Below are positions 60,441 to 64,000 of a stretch of DNA of 64,000 nucleotides, in pieces (position 1 is the first letter of the stretch; the number at the start of each line of letters is the position of its first letter). This DNA comes from Octopus sinensis (Eukaryota): contig NC_043023.1 of the NCBI RefSeq assembly GCF_006345805.1, positions 9,858,001 to 9,922,000 of the forward strand. Reading direction: 5' to 3'. The notes beneath the pieces were generated by a model, which did not search any database, was not told the origin of the DNA, and saw nothing but the letters and a program-made list of their open reading frames with translations. A program made the translations under genes and the position numbers.

Positions 60441-61561
60441 GGATCTTTTCGGTTTGACCGGCAGTTTTTAAAAATAATTTCCACGTAACTAAACACTTTT
60501 AAACTTCGTATACTGGTAGAATGTGTTTATAAAACATCTTTTTCTCTTGGCTTTATTGAGAAAATTCTATAGTTTGTAAGATATTTGGGTCTTTTCGGTT
60601 TGACCGGCAGTTTTTTAAAATAATTTCCACATAACTAAACACTTTTAAACTTCGTATACTGGTAGAATGTGTTTATAAAACATCTTTTTCTCTTGGCTTT
60701 ATTGAGAAAATTCTATAGTTTGTAAGATATTTGAGTCGTTTCGGTTTGAACGGCAGTTTTTTAAAATAATTTCCACGTAACTAAACTTTTAAACTTCGTA
60801 TACTGGTAGAATGTGTCAAAATAAAACATTTTTTTCTCTTGGCTTTATTGAGAAAATTCTATAGTTTGTAAGATATTTGGGTCTTTTCGGTTTGACCGGC
60901 AGTTTTTTAAAATAATTTCCACATAACTAAACACTTTTAAACTTCGTATACTGGTAGAATGTGTTTATAAAACATCTTTTTCTCTTGGCTTTATTCAGAA
61001 AATTCTATAGTTTGTAAGATATTTGTTGTTTTTTTTCTTCAATTTCTGCAATTTCAACCAATCAATGATGTCTATTGAGGTGAAAACATTCTGTGCCGTA
61101 TGAATATGTTCCTCGTTTAAGAAACAGATTGGGTTTATTTACATTTCTGAAGAAAAAAAGATACCCTTCCCTGCTACTCCTAACCCTAAAAGAGATTGAA
61201 ATGCAATAGATCGATACTAGGGTCATAATTATGGGTGACAATTTCATATGACACCGCTAGAAAAAACTGCCGTTCAAACCGAAAAGATCCATTTGTCGTT
61301 TTTTTTCTTCAATTTCTGCAATTTCAACCAATCAATGACGTCTATTGAGGTGAAAACATTCTGTGCCGTATAAATATGTCCCTCGTTTAAGAAACAGATT
61401 GGGTTTATTTACATTTGTGAAGAAAAAAAAGATACCCTAACCCCTAACCCTAACTCTAAAATAGCTTGAAATGCAATAGATTGATACTAGGGTCATAATT
61501 ATGGGTGACAATTTCATATGACACCGCTAGAAAAAAACTGCCGTTCAAACCGAAAAGATCC
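60441..61561 (-). mobile_element. GGATC-MITE cluster (4 x 147-bp ends, body, second partial copy) in intron 1 of the second ZNF
   Basis: TIR and unit matches on -. Confidence 0.85.
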
Positions 61562-62087
61562 CTTTTTTTCTCTCCTTTCACTTGTCGCCAAAAAACAAAA
61601 ACGAAAGTAAGTAATTTCGTATACTTAAATCGGTTTCTCCTCATTTTATTAATCAATTACACCGTTTTACTCTCATTTTACAAATAAATTTCCTCTATAT
61701 CACATCTAACATCCGATAATAGGTTTTCACAAACAACAAACCAACATTTCAGTTTGGAAGTTATTAATTAAGACGAGGTACGTTCCGAGTTCAAATTCCG
61801 TCGAGGCTGACTTTAACCTTTTATTCCTTCTGGGTCGATAAATTAAGTACCATTTAAATATTGGTGCCGACGTGATCGACTATCGACCTCCCTCAAATTT
61901 CAGGTCTTGTATCTAAAGAAGAAAATATTATTTAAGACGAATTAATATATTTTCCTTATATTTTTATGTTTTCGCTTCGAAATAATTACTGTAACATCGA
62001 AAGATTCACAGAATTCTATGATTTACAATATTATTATTAGTATTATTATCATCATTAAAGCCTTAAAGTAAATCTTTGTCAACTTAC

Positions 62088-62245
62088 CCTGTTCAGATAG
62101 GAACTGCGAGTCAGCGATCGCTAATTGAGCACCTTAATTAATAATTGGAGCTTGGTCGATGTAGTGTAGAAGTTATTTCCCTTTATATGATTGTATTTCC
62201 TGAATTCTCCAATAGATGTCTCTACTGATTGGTCGGGTTCGTTCC
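62088..62245 (-). promoter_or_regulatory. Putative promoter and non-coding exon 1 of the second ZNF gene
   Basis: TATAAAG at 62187-62181; CCAATAGATGTC at 62209-62220; donor AGG|GTAAGT at 62087; acceptor TTTCAG|59857. Confidence 0.65.
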
Positions 62246-62881
62246 GGTGGCTTTTCTTTGTTTCATTCTGTCAAGAACTTCACTTTCACATTTTTGTTTT
62301 TTTTTGTAATTTTTGTCTACTTTTTTACTCGTTTCAGTCATGTGGCTGTGGCCATGCTGGAGCACCGCCTTTAGTCGACCCCCCCCCCCAGGACTTATTC
62401 TTTGCAAGCCTAGTACTTATTCTATCGGTTCTCTTTTGCCGAACCGCTAAGTTACGGGGGGGGGGCGTATACACACCAGCATCGGTTGTCAAGCGATGTT
62501 GGAGGGGGGGGTGACAAACACAGACACACAAACATATACACACACATGTATATATATATACATATATACGACAGGCTTCTTTCAGTTTCCGTCTACAACT
62601 GAGTGGCTTGGCAAGATAATGATAGAATAATTACCAGGCTTTAAGAGAAATAAGTGCTAGGGCTTGATACATTTGACTAAAGATTCTTCAAAGTGGTGCC
62701 CCAGCATGGTCACAGTCTAATGACTGAAACAGATAAAAAGATACAAGATTAAAAGCTTTGGATGATAAAAATCATCACAGCTTCCAATTACCGTAAATCC
62801 TTGTGTATAATCCGCATTTTTTCCCCCAAAATTTAAAGGTCAAAATCCATAGTGTATACTATACACGAGGTTAAAAATGAG

Positions 62882-63360
62882 CCACTAATACTAACTACTA
62901 TACTATACTATACATTGGATAATGTGGTCCTAGATACACTATGCCCGCATAAAAGGTGGGATGGTCACAGCTGGAATATCTTTGATCATAGGTCTGTCTG
63001 GATCAGGACTGACCTGGGGCTAAACAACAGCTATAGCCACTAATACTAACTCCTGTACTATACATTAGATAATGTAGTCCTAGATACACTATGCCTGAAT
63101 AAAAGATGGGATGGTCACAGATGGAATATCTTTGATCATAGGTCTGTCTGGATCAGGACTGACCTGGGGCTAAACAACAGCTATAGCCACTAATACTAAC
63201 TCCTGTACTATACATTAGATAATGTAGTCCTAGATACACTATGCCTGAATAAAAGATGGGATGGCCACAGCTGGAACATCTTTGATCATCGGTCTGTCTG
63301 GATCTGGACTGACCTGGGACTAAACAAGTTATAGCCACTAACACTTACTACTATATTATA
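62882..63360. repeat. ~150-bp tandem repeat, 3 copies plus a partial
   Basis: CCACTAATACTAAC at 62882, 63037, 63187, 63335. Confidence 0.9.
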
Positions 63361-63374
63361 CATGAGATGACGTA

Positions 63375-63804
63375 CCGTAAATCCTCGAGTATAATCCGCA
63401 TTTTCCCCCAAAAAATTTAAAGGTCAAAATCCCTAGTGCGTATTATATACAAGGCTAAAAATGAAAAATATTTTCTAAGCAATGTCCAAGTCTCTATTTG
63501 CTGTCCGGCAATGTTTATTCAGACGCATTTTGTGATGTCGGGCGCAAAAATACCTTAAGCTAAGCCTGAAAGCAATGAAGTCTTAAAAGAATCATCCATA
63601 ACTTGCAGTAAGCAACATTTATTAAACGTTATTACTGTTATTTCTTTATTTTCTGCTAACAAAATGCACAAAAAAGCTACACGTTTGCATTATGTTATAT
63701 ATACAATAATAATAAAGGACGTTACCGTATACATTTTTACAAACCAAGGATTTTATATGGATCTCCTTGGCTCAAGTTAGAGAAGGGGTGCGTATTATAC
63801 ACAA
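63375..63804. mobile_element. Tc1/mariner (pogo/Tc2-like) non-autonomous element; second left end at 62791
   Basis: TA|CCGTAAATCCTCGAGTATAATCCGCA terminus; right end truncated. Confidence 0.45.
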
Positions 63805-64000
63805 GACTTGGAGAAATTTTTTATTAGAGTCTCCTAGTCCCTTATCTGGATAGAGGAGTGGTCAGTGAGAGCCATATAAGCTTTATACAAGGACACTACA
63901 GGTAAGGTGGGGGTGGGCAACAAGTACAGCAAAGAATTCAGGGTACAAGAAGGGAGTCACCAAGGATCGGTGCCCAACCCTATCTTGTTCATCATAATCC
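63805..64000 (+). mobile_element. Decayed RTE-clade LINE RT fragment
   Basis: DLEKFFIRVS*SLIW...EEWSVRAI*ALY...GSHQGSVPNPILFII resembles DLEKAFDRVPR...GVHQGSVLSPLLF. Confidence 0.75.

Overview
AT-rich, repeat-dense eukaryotic DNA, most likely a coleoid cephalopod (Octopus); this is inferred from the tRNA-SINE families and the clustered effector-less C2H2 genes. Genes: (1) an intact 4-exon chondroitin sulfate synthase gene on + (1176-15246, 767 aa, GT-AG sites and phases all consistent); (2) an intact C2H2 zinc-finger gene on - (CDS 31175-33340, 23 intact and 3 degenerate fingers); (3) a decaying C2H2 paralog on - (57.5-59.4 kb); (4) a spliced 129-aa ORF missed by the ORF track (50396-50322 + 48336-48022, -) with a basic N-terminus and three 23-aa STPR-like repeats, followed by a decayed Helitron Pif1-helicase fragment. 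Three paralogous TATA promoter/non-coding first exon modules lie at ~37.0, ~51.7 and ~62.2 kb; the middle one has no ZNF exon and points at the STPR ORF. Several foldback elements in (TA)n tracts carry type I hammerhead ribozymes with palindromic stem III (Penelope-like pLTR type): 5 with intact cores and 3 decayed or truncated, several with U-U at the base of stem II. Mobile DNA includes tRNA-SINEs, non-autonomous Helitrons, a 9-bp-TSD MITE family, piggyBac-like MITEs, a Tx1/L1-like LINE with a 16-17 bp TSD in a (GATA)n tract, and Penelope-like and RTE RT fragments. Between 38 and 58 kb, several unrelated TE classes have each become tandem arrays (147, 172, 137, 63, 253 bp units). All analysis was by eye; TE boundaries are approximate unless a junction is quoted, and homopolymer indels may be long-read errors.
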